A stretch of 64,000 bases of DNA from the NCBI RefSeq assembly GCF_018977255.1, contig NW_024704743.1:24616001-24680000 (forward strand). Direction: 5' to 3'. The notes beneath the pieces were generated by a model, which saw nothing but the letters and a program-made list of their open reading frames with translations, was not told the origin of the DNA and did no database searches. Made by a program: the position numbers and the translations under genes. The DNA is from Callorhinchus milii (lineage: Eukaryota). Below are positions 12,153-24,184 of the stretch, one piece after another; within the stretch, counting starts at the first letter, position 1; each line of letters starts with the position of its first letter.

Positions 12153-12522
12153 GGAGCCATGTGGTTCAGTGGTTAGAGTATTCACCTCGTAAGCAAGAGG
12201 ACCCGGATTTGACTCCCAGACAGGGCGAAACATTAGGCAAGTTTCCGTACTCTACATTTCTCTGTTTACCTAGTAGTAAGTAGGAAGTCAGTTACTTGGT
12301 GGATTGGCGGATCGCTTTCTAAGGGTAATAATCCCTTAAAAAAATCAATAATAGTAATCAGATTACTTCATCCACGACTGTTTGTGGGTCACCTCTGTGG
12401 TCAATTGACTGCCGGGTTTCATCTGCAAAATCCAGTCAGTTCACTTTACAGTATGTCCTGTGACGTGCTTTGAGACTTCTCAATGATGTGATAAGGCGCT
12501 ATATTAAATGCAAGGATTATTA
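12153..12522 (+). mobile_element. SINE family A, long subfamily
   Basis: tRNA head, ggcaagtttcc...ctctgtttacctagtagtaagtagg, tail caaggattattatt. Confidence 0.85.
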
Positions 12523-12554
12523 TTTATTTATTTTAAAATAATTTAATTTTTCAG

Positions 12555-12590
12555 GGAGAACAAGGAAATCCTGGATATGTTGGTGCTGAG
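12555..12590 (+). CDS. col6a4: collagen VI helix exon, 36 nt (GEQGNPGYVGAE)
   Basis: tttcag|GGA...GAG|gtactg. Confidence 0.92.
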
Positions 12591-12696
12591 GTACTGGTAA
12601 TATTTGTATAAAGATTTTTGTGTTTTCTCTTTTGTTGCCTTCATTGAGGATTGGAAGAACATTGTTTGATCTGGAATTGTTTTTCATTGGATTTAG

Positions 12697-12758
12697 GGAG
12701 CGGATGGAAAACCTGGAATTACTGGGATCGAGGATCGAAAGGAATCAGGGGTCGAAGG
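12697..12758 (+). CDS. col6a4: collagen VI helix exon, 62 nt as given, with a 1-nt frameshift; restored reading GADGKPGITGDRGSKGIRGRR
   Basis: tttag|GGA GCG GAT GGA AAA CCT GGA ATT ACT GG- GAT CGA GGA TCG AAA GGA ATC AGG GGT CGA AGG|gtagga; the Gly register shifts at the GGG run (12724-12726). Confidence 0.88.
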
Positions 12759-14134
12759 GTAGGATTTTTATTTATATTGCTTTATATTGTAAATATAGAG
12801 GGGCAGAAATGGAAAAGCTGACACAAAATCGGCACTGTAAAATGCTGCTGACTCTGTTATATTTACATGTGTGCCATGCGCAGGAAATGCCCCTGACATC
12901 ATTTCCTTCACAGGAAGTTTCATCGATGTAAATCTGTGTCCTTCTCATGCCATCGATGTAAATTTGTGAAGGAAGTGCACTTCTTGTAGGAACAACATGC
13001 GGGAAGTGACGTCCACAGCGACTTGATGACCTGAATTGTGGCCATGTTTTAGTGCAGGAAGCTGATTAGAAATCACCAGTAGTTGGGGGGCAGGGGGCAT
13101 TATAATAGGGTGCACCTATATAGTCACCATTTCCTTGTAACACCATTGTGCCACTTTTGTAGTATTATATGTTCTGCACATATTTTTGCTCTCTTACTAA
13201 ACTCTTTCAATCCAGCAACATTGGTAACATTCTGCAGATATAATGATAGTTCCAACTCTGCAAAGTGTCTACGGACTTTCACCAACACAAAATTTGGGTG
13301 ATTTTCTTTGTTGGTTGTCAGCAGAGGCAGGTCAGGCTCTGTGGGTAAATGTATAATATGGAAGCGGCATTATAATTATAATTTTAAAACTATGCAGCGT
13401 TTACCCTAATTTCTTCCATTGTGTGAAATCACTATGAGGTCCTTCGCAGTGAAAGTCAAGTTTCTTGTCAGTTTCTTTAATTTGTTGGGATTTGACCCAG
13501 ATCTGTATGCAGCTGGTGATAGTGTATTTATTGGCACAACTTAATTGTATATGCAACTGTTTGTAATGTAAAAACAAATTGAGAAATGCAATATTTTCCC
13601 AGCAATTTGACATATAAACATTTATCTGAGAGAAATAGCTTTTGAGTTTCCCTATACTTGTCATTTTTGGGAATCCATACAGAGGGCACTATAGTTCCAT
13701 TAAGATTGAATTCAGTATCTTTGTTTAATCCCACTCATCCCACAGTATCGCATTGAAGCATCAGTAAACAATTTGACATGACTCATTTTCGTAAATGTTG
13801 TGTGGTCTATAAAAAAAGGGTGAAATTTGCTAATCCATTTGTATATATCACATTTTTGGAAAGAGCTGATTACATAAATTAATATGTCTAAACAACTTCC
13901 TTCTGTGCTCTGAATTTCTGTTTATGTCAGTGCTTTGTGAACTTTTCAAGGTTCATGAATTCAGGCCAACTTCTTTATATTGTGCTCTTTTTTCACTGCA
14001 CATCTCAAACTATACAGTGGATCTCTAGAACATCAAGGTGGCTGGATATCACAAACTGTCACCTGCCACCACGCTGAACACAGATATCTGTTAATAGGTT
14101 ATGAGGAAACTCTGAGGCTTGGGAATACAAGGCG

Positions 14135-14800
14135 GTGGTAAGCAAGGTCTCCTTAGGGCTGATCTGGTTCCAAGTGCCTGACATGCTTGGTGAGCGAACT
14201 TCAGAATTGAGTAAACCCCTTGTGGGAGTCTCAGTAGTCTGGTAACTGAACCAGGTAAGTCCACAGTACTCCATGGCACTGCTGAAAACAGCACAGCCAG
14301 CCTGGCTCATCACCAGGACTTGTAGGGATATAGTCATTGGGGGGCAACGATTCTTACCTCTGTTAACGCTTAACCTAAAGTCCTAATAGAAAACATACTT
14401 CTAGCTGGACAAGCAGCAGGAAGCTTGACAAACAGTGCTCCCAATGGCAAGCTACGTGTTTTAGCTGGTTAAGTTCCAGCAGGATGCACAAGCTTGGCCT
14501 TCACCAACCTGCACCAAATACTCTCCAGAATTAGGTAAACAGCGTGAGTCCCTCCAGGGAGAGAGTTCACATGCAATTCCAGATACGCAGAATTTCCATG
14601 GGTAGGTGGCATAGAAATTACTCACCGTCACACCACTTTACAGTAAATCATGTGAAGTGCTTTGGGCTGGCATTATAAGCCACCATATCAAATGCCATTA
14701 TTGTTATTATAATACATATGTGAAACTCTCAATCCAGTTCAGATACACTCTTAAGTACTATGATAGATTTCCACATGTGTCAGAAACCTGGCTGTCTGGG
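14135..14800 (+). repeat. family X repeat, with a SINE tail inserted at ~14630-14710
   Basis: shared motifs gtctcagtagtc, gcactgctga..acagc, ggaagcttg, aatactctccagaattaggtaa, cacatgtgtcaga. Confidence 0.75.
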
Positions 14801-15310
14801 TTGAGCCAAAGTAAATCATTCTGAAGCCTCAGTCTTGATACCACTGAGGAGGATGCAGGATAAGTTGGATTTGCTTCATTATAATAATATAAACGCAGTG
14901 CATGTGAGTCAAACTGAGCTCTACTTTCCCATGACCCATTAAAGCTATGAGCTGATCCAATCAATGGCTCAAGTACTTTCTGGGTGTTTTTTTAGCCGTT
15001 TTTGTTATTGAAGGCTGGCCAGCTAATTCCAAATTAACATAAACAACATCATGATTGAAAACTTAATTTTGGCATTCCACCCCTGTACTAAACTTTTAGC
15101 AGCATCCAAGCTATTTTTAAGTTATTGTGCCCTTCTTAGAGTTATTATTTGGTGCAAAATGTAATTAATGTAAATGTTAAGATCCTAACAATTGAACTTT
15201 AAGGTTGTTTTGAGTTCTGTCTTCATAAATGCATTACTGCTTGCAGATATTCATTGAGGGCATTGAGAGCATTTTCATTCTGAATATTGTGATGCTCTTA
15301 CCATTTTCAG

Positions 15311-15373
15311 GGTAATTCTGGTGATGCCGGTGACCTTGGTGATCCTGGCTCTCTTGGAGGTCCTGGACGAGCG
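15311..15373 (+). CDS. col6a4: collagen VI helix exon, 63 nt (GNSGDAGDLGDPGSLGGPGRA)
   Basis: tttcag|GGT...GCG|gtaaga. Confidence 0.95.
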
Positions 15374-16619
15374 GTAAGATCCACAGACACATTGGATGGT
15401 TTAATTTAGTGCCATAAGTAATAAAGAGGATCAGAAAATGAGATGCAAATGTCACATAGAACATCACTCCAACTCATGGTATAACTGTTTACCAGAGTGA
15501 TCAATGCTGTAGCTCAGAGCAAATTTATTGCATGTTTTTCAGGATTTATTTCAATGAACATGTGAAAATCTACACAATTTTTTAAAAAAGAAAAAATTCC
15601 CCACATATCTTAGTTTCACAATCACCTTAGGACATTTAGTCTTATTGGTTGATAAATGCTTAATTGATAAATTGCGCTCTTGATATTAGTTGAATTTTGA
15701 TACAGGGCAGTTGAAACTTTCCTCTTGTCATATTGGAGTTCGCATCAGTCGTATTTGGTCTTGTGTTTTCTGCCTGGCCTTGCATTTTCTCGCATTTTAA
15801 ATACAATTTTTGCCGCTACCTGACAGATTTAACCCATTGAACATAAATCAAGGTCTGTTTTAAATTCATGGGATGGGAGGAGATGAAGTTAGGTTTGTGA
15901 AAGTCTGTATGTCTGCTGCACTGTATGGTTAAAGCATTGGAATTTGCTTTAATACTGGAAGCCAGTGAAGTCTTATTTGCGAGATGTTGAGGCATATGTA
16001 TATGGAGGGAATTACAGGTGGTTTCCAGAATTAGGTAACTCAATGAAAGTATCAATGTAACTAACTACCAATGAAAGGGATACTATTTTTTGCTTCTTAT
16101 TGATTCATTGGATTATTAAGCAAACTGTAACTGCTTCTAGAAGTATGCATTGTGTTAGCTTGGCTCAGTTGGTAGCGCTATTACTTTTGAGTCAGAAGGT
16201 TGTAGGTTGAGACTTGGAACTCATACAGTCCCAAGTCAAATAAGGCAAATCTGACTGTTAGAAGTGACTGATACTGCGGTATTTTAGACCATAGGCTTCT
16301 TGTGCATTAAATGACTATGATTGGTTAAATCCTCAGAAGATCAAGTAGATTTTGAGGTTATTTGGTGGATTCCACAAACTATATATTGCATATAAGAACA
16401 TAGATAAGAAGAATGTCGTCTCCTCTCCTGAGGATGCTCACTTATGCGGGGAACAGTCAATGAATGTGCCTTGACCAAATGGTCAATCTTCATTTTTGAT
16501 CCAAACAGTGAGGGTTGGCAGGCTTTTAGGATGCTCACTTGGGGCATCACAATCAAGTCTACCCTGCTTTCATCCCACATCCAAGACCATCACTTTAAAG
16601 CACTTTATGGAGTGGAAGG

Positions 16620-17395
16620 GGGAAAGGAAGGGGAAGAGGAAGGTATTTAGTAACCACGGGGTCACCTTCCACATGTATGCAGATGACACCCAACTTTACC
16701 TATCCGCCTCCACCCTTAACTCCAGACCACTGCTGTCCTGAGAGAATGTCTGTCAGACATTAAGTCCTGGATAAGAGCTAATTTTCTACAGTTTGAACAT
16801 CAACAAGACCGAGGCTCCTGTGATCGCCTCCACACCTCAGGCACTGGCAGCATCACCATCCAGGGATGCACACTCCACCTCACGAAGCAAGTCCGGAGCC
16901 TTGGTGTCTTGTTTGACCCTCAACTGCCCTTTCCATCCCACATCCACGCCCGGCTCCAGCACTGCCTCTCCCCTCAGGTCATCCACACATTCATCACATC
17001 TAGGCTCGACTACGCCAACTCCCAACTCTTCCCTCCACAAGCTGCAAATCATCCAGAACTCTGCAGCTCATGTCATCTCCCATCTCCACTGGCTCCCCAT
17101 CCCCCAGAAGATAGAGTGCAAAATCCTCATCCTCACCTTCCGTACCCTCCATAGCCTTGCTTCTTCCTATCTCTGTGAGCTGCTAAACCCATATCAACTT
17201 GTCCGCACCCTCTGCTCAGCAGACTCTGGCCTGCTCCACATCCTACACCCAGCCCACCCCACCATCGGCGGTCAGGCCTTCAGCCTCTCTGCCACACCCT
17301 TTGGAACTCTATCCCACGGTCCCTTACCTTTGCTCCCTTCCTTTCAAGGTGCATCTCAAAACCCTCCTCTTTGACCACGCCTATGGCCATCCTTC
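16620..17395 (+). mobile_element. degraded L2 fragment
   Basis: [30 protein letters not shown]. Confidence 0.85.
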
Positions 17396-17637
17396 TACAC
17401 CTACACTTTCAGGAACTGAGAATAGAAAAAAAACGCAATGAAGCAAACCAACTAGACAAGCATTATTAGTAAAATAAATAGACTTGCATATTTATTCCCC
17501 TAGTCATCTACGGGTTTCATACTTGACTGAGATTTTGCCGTGGGGTGTGAAACAAAATCTTTGAAAGATTTCATCTTTGAAATTTAAATTGTGCTTATTG
17601 TGATGCATTCGTAATGCTTTATTTATTCTTCATTTAG

Positions 17638-17673
17638 GGTCCCAAAGGACCACAAGGCCGAGCGGATCAGAGA
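17638..17673 (+). CDS. col6a4: last helix exon, 36 nt (GPKGPQGRADQR)
   Basis: catttag|GGT...AGA|gtaagt. Confidence 0.92.
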
Positions 17674-17754
17674 GTAAGTAAACATTGCACATGTAAACAG
17701 TGTAGTTAATGCATGTGAAAGTGCTCCAAGATATGATTAATAATGGAGGGTTGT

Positions 17755-18131
17755 GGAATTCTGTAGCTCAGTGGTTAGAGCATTCACCTTGGAAGTGAGA
17801 GACCTGGCTTTGATTCCCAGTAGGGTGCAACGTTGGCCAAGTTTCCTTACTCTACACGCATCTGTTTACCTAACAGTAAGTAGGAAGCTGGTTGTTAGTT
17901 GGTTGGCGGATCGCTTTTCCGAGGATAGTAATTCCTTTCAAACAAAATAATAATAATAAATTGGTCACTCAATCAACAACTGTTTGTGGGACACTGCTAT
18001 GCACAATTGGCTGCCGCGTTTCACCCACAAAATATACAGTCAATTCACTTTACAGTATATTCTGTGAAGGGCTTTGAGACGTCTCAAAGATGTGATAAGA
18101 TGCTATATCAAATGAAAGGATTAGTATTATT
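17755..18131 (+). mobile_element. SINE family A, long subfamily
   Basis: ctgtagctcagtggttagagc head through to the tail. Confidence 0.88.
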
Positions 18132-18230
18132 AAAAATAATAAGGGTGCTACATAGATGCAAGTTGTTGCATTTGCGGACTTTATTCAAACTTTAATTTGT
18201 AAACCTTAATTTTTCTCATTTTCATCACAG

Positions 18231-18267
18231 TCATGCAACCTCATATCATATGTGCGAGATAACTGCC
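18231..18267 (+). CDS. col6a4: helix/C1 junction exon, 37 nt (SCNLISYVRDNC-P)
   Basis: tcacag|TCA...TGC C|gtaagt; C-x-L-I-x-Y-V-R-D motif of collagen VI. Confidence 0.92.
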
Positions 18268-18444
18268 GTAAGTACACTTTTTGGAAGCTTTAAACTCTAT
18301 CATACTTTCACATTTTCTTTGCAATGTTTTGTAAATAGTTTTAGAATCAGAACTGGAAGGTCCAGAACAAAGAATAGGGAAAATCGTTTTCACACAGTGG
18401 TAGAAGTTTGGAATTCTTTGTCACAGTCAGTTATCAGGGTGGCA

Positions 18445-18622
18445 TTTTTTTTGGTCAGCCTGGTATCTGACATGTGGAAACCCATGACCATGCTTACCTA
18501 ATTCTGGAAAGTATGAGGAGCAGGTTGACAAGAGCCAAGGCTTGGAAACCCCAGAGCTTACCATTGAGAGCTCTGTTTGGCAAGCTTTCCTGCTGCTTGT
18601 CCAGCTAGGACCACCTCACCCA
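18445..18622 (-). repeat. family X partial copy
   Basis: T-run followed by ggtcagcc..tctgacatgtgg..gcttacctaattctgga..tttcctgctgcttgtccagctagg. Confidence 0.7.
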
Positions 18623-18623
18623 C

Positions 18624-19012
18624 TAAGAACATAAGAACATGAGAATTTGCTTGGTGAAAGAAGACCATGGTCCACCTAGGAACATAGGAAGAGGAGGAGG
18701 CCATTCAGCCCTTTGAGCCTGTTCTGCCATTTAATTAGATCATGGCTGATCTGTACCTCAACTAATCCTTTCAATTCCAATTTCCCGCTTTCTCCCCATA
18801 TCCCTTAATACCCTAACCTACCAAAAATCTATCAATGACTTACCAAAAATCTATCACCTTCCACCAACCTGGAAGTTGCTTGACATGTTGTGTCCCAAAC
18901 TATATACTGTATCCTGAGATATTATTTTCTGGCAAAAATCTACCTAATTTTTCCTTGAAACAAATGACATTTTCTGCTTCCGGTGTCCCCCATGGGAGCC
19001 TGTTCCATAAGT
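18624..19012 (-). mobile_element. two nested CR1 3' ends
   Basis: aagaacataagaacat (reverse of the ttcttatg tail); ggaggccattcagccc...gatcatggctgatc CR1 3'UTR. Confidence 0.65.
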
Positions 19013-19487
19013 TTCGGCTTGCAGGTTGATCTTTGTCAGTCGATTTACCCCTGAAAACTACTGCAGAGTAGTGAAGAGCTGGTGAAACTCATCCAAGCAA
19101 AGGTGAATGTCGGGTAGCTCTTGATGTTGGCTCAAGCAGTCTTGTGCCAATGCTTGCACCAAACTTCTTCATTACTTTTTGTATATCATTGTTTTAAATG
19201 TGCAGGCTCATGGGTTATTTATTTCTTTAAAATAACAATTAACATAACATTCACAAGTTGTTGGGTTTAGAGGATGGTCAAAAATAATAATTTCCCTCTC
19301 TCTCCCCTAACTGAAAGGTGTTTTTAGCCCTGTATTATGAGGTAAACGTATAACATGGCCTCATAGAAAACCTTCAACAATTATTTTTCTGTCAGTTTCA
19401 GAAGAACCAATATTAATGAAAAAAGAAGTGTATTTACACTGTAGATCCTGATCATTAACATCTTTTCTGTTTCATTCTTTCCAACAG

Positions 19488-19502
19488 CTTGCTGTTCACG
19501 GA
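19488..19502 (+). CDS. col6a4: 15-nt Cys-Cys microexon (P-CCSR)
   Basis: caacag|CT TGC TGT TCA CGG A|gtaagt; phase 1/1, fits both neighbouring exons. Confidence 0.85.
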
Positions 19503-19621
19503 GTAAGTAGTCTTAAATGCATTTTTTATAAGCCATTTGCCATTCCTTTGAATTTGTTTGCTAATTTGAATGAATGTCTTTTGTTAATATTGATATTTTG
19601 TGTGTGTGTGTGTTGTATCAG

Positions 19622-20115
19622 CAGGAAGAGGATGTCCTGCATATCCCACCGAGCTGGTGTTTGCTCTAGACGTGTCTGCAGATGTCACACAAGCCGTGTT
19701 TCTAAGAATGAAGAGAGTAGTTTTGACTCTTCTGCAGGACATTAACATCGCTGAAAGCAATTGTCCAACTGGTGCCCGCGTGTCTGTTGTTACATCCAAC
19801 ACCACAGTACAGACTTCTATTAGATTTTCAGACTTTAAGAAAAAGAAACTGCTTCTGGACAAAATAGAACAACTAGAACACGAACGATCTACCGGCAGTC
19901 GGAAGATTGACACTGTGATGATGTTTGTGGCAAGAAACACTTTTAAGCGTGTTCGTAATGGTGTACTTGTGAGGAAAATAGCAGTGTTTATCACTAATGG
20001 TGATTCCCCAGACACCACAGCGATCTCCACAGCTGCCATGATATTACAAGCTTCCAATATTATTCCAGTTGTTATTTCTTTCAGTGCAGTCCCAGAAGTA
20101 CTGAGTGCTTTTCTG
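19622..20115 (+). CDS. col6a4: VWA domain C1 exon, 494 nt
   Basis: ORF 19600..20148 (GRGCPAYPTELVFALDVS...VLSAFL); acceptor tcagcag (NAGNAG, start 19622 or 19625); donor CTG|gtaagt. Confidence 0.95.
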
Positions 20116-20204
20116 GTAAGTGAAACGATTTCCCCTCATTTGTTATAGTCCAGAAACAACTAGTAATGCAGCCAAAAAATCTCCAAAGAATTGACCTATT
20201 GTGC

Positions 20205-20812
20205 CATATGTTGGCTCATGCTTAAGAGTATCCAAACCAAGCTGAGAATTCCATATATCGCACCTACACATGGAAATTCCAGTGATAGATCCCTGGAGTG
20301 ATGCTTCCTGCTTACCTATTGTGGGAAATATTAAGCGCAGGATGGCAAAAGCCAAGGCTTGGGGACCCCAGAGTGTGTGTTGGGGTACTGCTGGAGGTTA
20401 ACCAGCTAAACCCGTATAGCTTGCCATTGATATTGCTGGCTAGCGAGCTTTCCTGTTGCTTGTCCAGCTAGGACCACTCTACCCATGAGGGCTTTGACTT
20501 GCAGGGTTATCAGGAGCTGAGTGGGATGACTTCCTGTCCCCAGGTCCTGCTGATGAGCCAGGCTGGCTGTGCTGTCATCAGCAGTGCCCTGGAATACTGC
20601 GGACCCTCCTGGCTCAGGAACTGGACTACCAAGACTGGCATCGTGCGCTTAATACTTTCCACAATTAGGTAAGCAGGAAGCATTCCTCCAGGGAGAGAGT
20701 CTGTATTTTATTCCAGCAATCTATCACTGGAATTTCCACGAGCTTGATTCCGACATTCCATTGCCAAGCAAGTCACCTTGGAGCCAGTCCAGCTCCAAGG
20801 ACTCTTACTTAA
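20205..20812 (-). repeat. family X copy with an internal inverted duplication
   Basis: revcomp matches 56180-56740; 20639-20737 is an inverted copy of 20272-20344. Confidence 0.75.
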
Positions 20813-20940
20813 CCCACCCTCCCCCCAGCAATCCCCGGAGAATAGTCACTGGTCACCTAACTCTTTATCCAACTCCAATCCAATTTATGCAAAAATTATG
20901 TTTCTAAATTTGCATTTTTCTTCCCATTCATTTTATCAAG

Positions 20941-21040
20941 GCTCAAGGTGGGGAGGAATCTGCAGTGTTTGTCCTACCCAGGCAGATGCAATCCTCCAGA
21001 GAAATGCTGCAAAATATCCGGTTATGCAGACTCTGCTATG
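20941..21040 (+). CDS. col6a4: C1-C2 linker exon, 100 nt (AQGGEESAVFVLPRQMQSSREMLQNIRLCRLCY-D)
   Basis: tatcaag|GCT...TAT G|gtatga; ends in the CxxCYD motif; phase 0/1. Confidence 0.9.
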
Positions 21041-21263
21041 GTATGATTGAAACGTACCAAATATTTATTTCCCGTGCAGTTTTTTAAAAAGGTTTATTTC
21101 TAAACTTTAACACTTATGTATTGCATAAAACCAATAGTGATATCAAGAACGTGTGCATGAAATCTTAACCCAACTGGTAAAGGCAGTAACCCAAGCAAGC
21201 AATATTTTTTTAAAACTAAAAGGAATGTGATTTTAACATCAGAAATGTAATCTTCTTTCACAG

Positions 21264-21935
21264 ATGAGTGTAACCCAGATGCCTCGTGTTCATCAGCCCC
21301 TCGATCGCTTACTGTACCATTAAGCCTGGACATGGCTTTTGTTGTTGATGACTTAGAAAAACTGAATGCTGCAGAATCGAGGACAGTTCAGCATTTCCTG
21401 AGCTCAATGTTTGACACGTTTCTAAGTACCTCAGAGTCAAAGGACTCTATGCCTCATCCCAGGGTGGCTCTGGTACAACACACACCAGGTTACGCACCAA
21501 AATTTGGGGATGATCCGTTTAACCTGGAGTTTGGGATTCTGGATTATCCCACAAAATCCATAAAGAAGAGACACGTCCAAGACGCATTGTTTAAGGTGGA
21601 CGGCTCCTCTAGCATTGCCAATACCATTGAGTGGAGCTTGAACAACTTTTTCTTAAATGCTCCAGATCAGAAACAGTACAAGGTTATTTTTACAATCTTT
21701 TCAGGGGAAACAAATATTTTGGACAAGAAAAAGTTAATGCAAGTTTCACGGGAAGCCAAATGTAAAGGGTTTGTAATGTTTGCATTAGCCCTTGGGAGGG
21801 GAACTAATAGCACGATCCTGAAGAATTTTGCTAGTTTTCCTTTTGAGCAACATTTACTTCGCCTGGACAGAGCACTGGAGGCTGAACTGGGATATGCACA
21901 GAAGTTTGCACTGGCTTTCCTGAATAACCTGGCAA
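21264..21935 (+). CDS. col6a4: VWA domain C2 exon, 672 nt
   Basis: tcacag|AT GAG TGT AAC CCA...; ORF 21332..21991 (LDMAFVVD...RVALVQH...EAKCKG...AFLNNLA); donor GCA A|gtaagt. Confidence 0.95.
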
Positions 21936-23079
21936 GTAAGTGCAACACATTTGTAGGTGAAACTATCAATAGGCATTACATACTCGAATGAGACTTTTGT
22001 ATAAAGGCAGCAGTTTAGACAACAATGGTTCATTCTAACTTAAATGGAATGATTTTGTAAACAAAGCTGTGTCTACAGACTCAGCCACTCCCTTTTCCAG
22101 TGAACACTGGCCTACCTCATATCCCCACCCTTATCATTGGCAGGTGGATTTTCAACCATTCTGTCCCCGCTCTCTGGAACTCCATCCCTGTGTCCCTCCT
22201 TTGTGCTTTTCCTTCGAAAGGCAAGTCTCATGCCTTTCCCTCCTGACTTATTTTGGTTCCCATACCCAGCTCAAGTACCCATCCAGCCTAATGAAAGCAG
22301 TATAAGCTCAGCAGTGATGGCCTGTTGGCTTTAACTCTGCAGGGTTGCACATAAATAAGGGACACCAGGTTGAAATATTGGATCGCTTTGGTTCTTTTAA
22401 CTGCAAACTTGCGTCAGTGTCTTCAGGAAAGGGAAGAACTTTGGAGACAGTGGGAAGAGGGAAATTTGCTTTCATCTTGTGAAAAATATGCCACTGATTT
22501 CAGAAATTAAGGAAAAGTATAAGCTTGCTGTATTTTTAATGGGAGAACAATGTTGTTTACCCACACACCATTTATCCGCACGGTTCCAATGAAGACGTTG
22601 GACACGAGTCTATGAGATACCGACAAAAAGAATCACCTGCGTGAAGTAGAATTTCTTGAGAATGCTTTATGCAATCCCAGAAGGCTTCCACGCATCCTGC
22701 TACCAATGCGCCAGTAGGACATTCTTTTTGCCTTTTGATGAAGGTAAATCTTTATATTTTAACAGCGTACAGTGTCTACAGGGAACAGTTTAGGACTTTA
22801 GGGGTACACATTAGTGATATAGAGTTAGAACTTTAGAGAAACTCTCAGGTTCTCAGAAAAATACAGAGTAAAAGAGAAAACAATCAAAGAGAGAGAGAAT
22901 GTGGTATGATAACGAGATGGAACAATATTTTAGTTAGCATTGTAGCCAATTTGTATTTTGCATGCTGTTCAATCATACACACTATGTGCTTATCTGCAAA
23001 GGGTTCTTGCCCAATTAGTGTGGCTTTCTACTGTAATGCTATCTTTGCCTAAGTATAATATATTTTACTTATGTTACAG

Positions 23080-23185
23080 CTGGAATCAACAGTTATCCAC
23101 CTGCAGCTCTAGCGAGGGAATGCCGCCAACAAATAAAATCTCAAGATGCAATTGGAAAACCAGAAACGATTCCTAGTTTCAAGCA
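23080..23185 (+). CDS. col6a4: post-C2 exon, 106 nt (TGINSYPPAALARECRQQIKSQDAIGKPETIPSFK-Q)
   Basis: ttacag|CT GGA ATC AAC...AAG CA|gtatgt; GINxYPP...EC motif. Confidence 0.9.
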
Positions 23186-23278
23186 GTATGTTCGGTAGAC
23201 ATCCAATACAACATTTAGAAACATGATATGATTGTAAGCATCATTTTCATTGAATAACATACTATCTCTTAATTTCAG

Positions 23279-23328
23279 AGTGGAGATGGCAGAAGATATA
23301 GAAGATGGAGATGACATCAATAGTTATG
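23279..23328 (+). CDS. col6a4: acidic linker exon, 50 nt (Q-VEMAEDIEDGDDINSY-D)
   Basis: tttcag|A GTG...TAT G|gtaggt; phase 2/1, exactly bridges the flanking exons. Confidence 0.82.
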
Positions 23329-24184
23329 GTAGGTGCAAAATAATAAATCTGTATATTTTCTCAAAATATTTTTTTAAATAAAACTCTGTATTAGCTAAGC
23401 ATTTAGTGGAAGGTATCTCATTCAGGATATGTGCTCCTGGATAGAGCAACCACCTGATCCATTTTTCTTTCTAAGTTGTTTCCATAATTTTTTTTGGCTT
23501 AGTGTTTTCAGTCTCATGACCTTACAGGGAAAATGGAGAACAAATAAAAGAGAAAATGTTCTGGTCTGACTGCTCCTGGAGTATTGCATACAGTTCTGGT
23601 TACTGTGAAGTTCTGTGAAGCGCTTTGGGACATCCTCCCGATTTGAAAAGTGCTATATCAAATGCAAGGATTATTATTATTATTAAGTTAAGAGGCTGCC
23701 TACTTTTAGAGACAGAACAGATGAGAGAAATGAGGATGATCCCCAGTGTTAGAGGAATGAGCTATGAGCAACAATTAGTGTTGAGAGAAGACAACACAGA
23801 GGGGACCTCATAGAGGTGTATAACATTTTTAATGGGATTGAAAAAGCAGCTTAATGCTGTGATGGGACTTAGGTGGGTGTGCTGGAGGGATGAGATCAGA
23901 TAGGCTAAGGGTCTCCTTCATCAGAACCAAGCTTGTGAACTTGTGAATGCAGAACAGCCTCACCCTCCTCTGTTTTATTTTAACTGAGCTAGAAACAACT
24001 AAGAATGTCCAAATGAATCCCATTACATTATTTTACATTACCCACACTGAGGTACATTTTCAAACTGACCTTTACTCAATACATAAGTCAGATGCAGCAA
24101 TAGAATCAGCTGTATAGTCCTTTTAATCCTTAATTTAAAGGTAGCCAAATAACATGACATTTACAAAACTTGTTTGCTTTTCAG

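Noticed and set aside
19584..20057. 157-aa antisense ORF (likewise 21667-21969)
   Set aside because: Shadow ORFs opposite the VWA exons, with no recognisable domain
20545..20585. CTGATGA in family X as a hammerhead core
   Set aside because: No GAAA follows the adjacent stem in any copy; the motif is one arm of a simple hairpin
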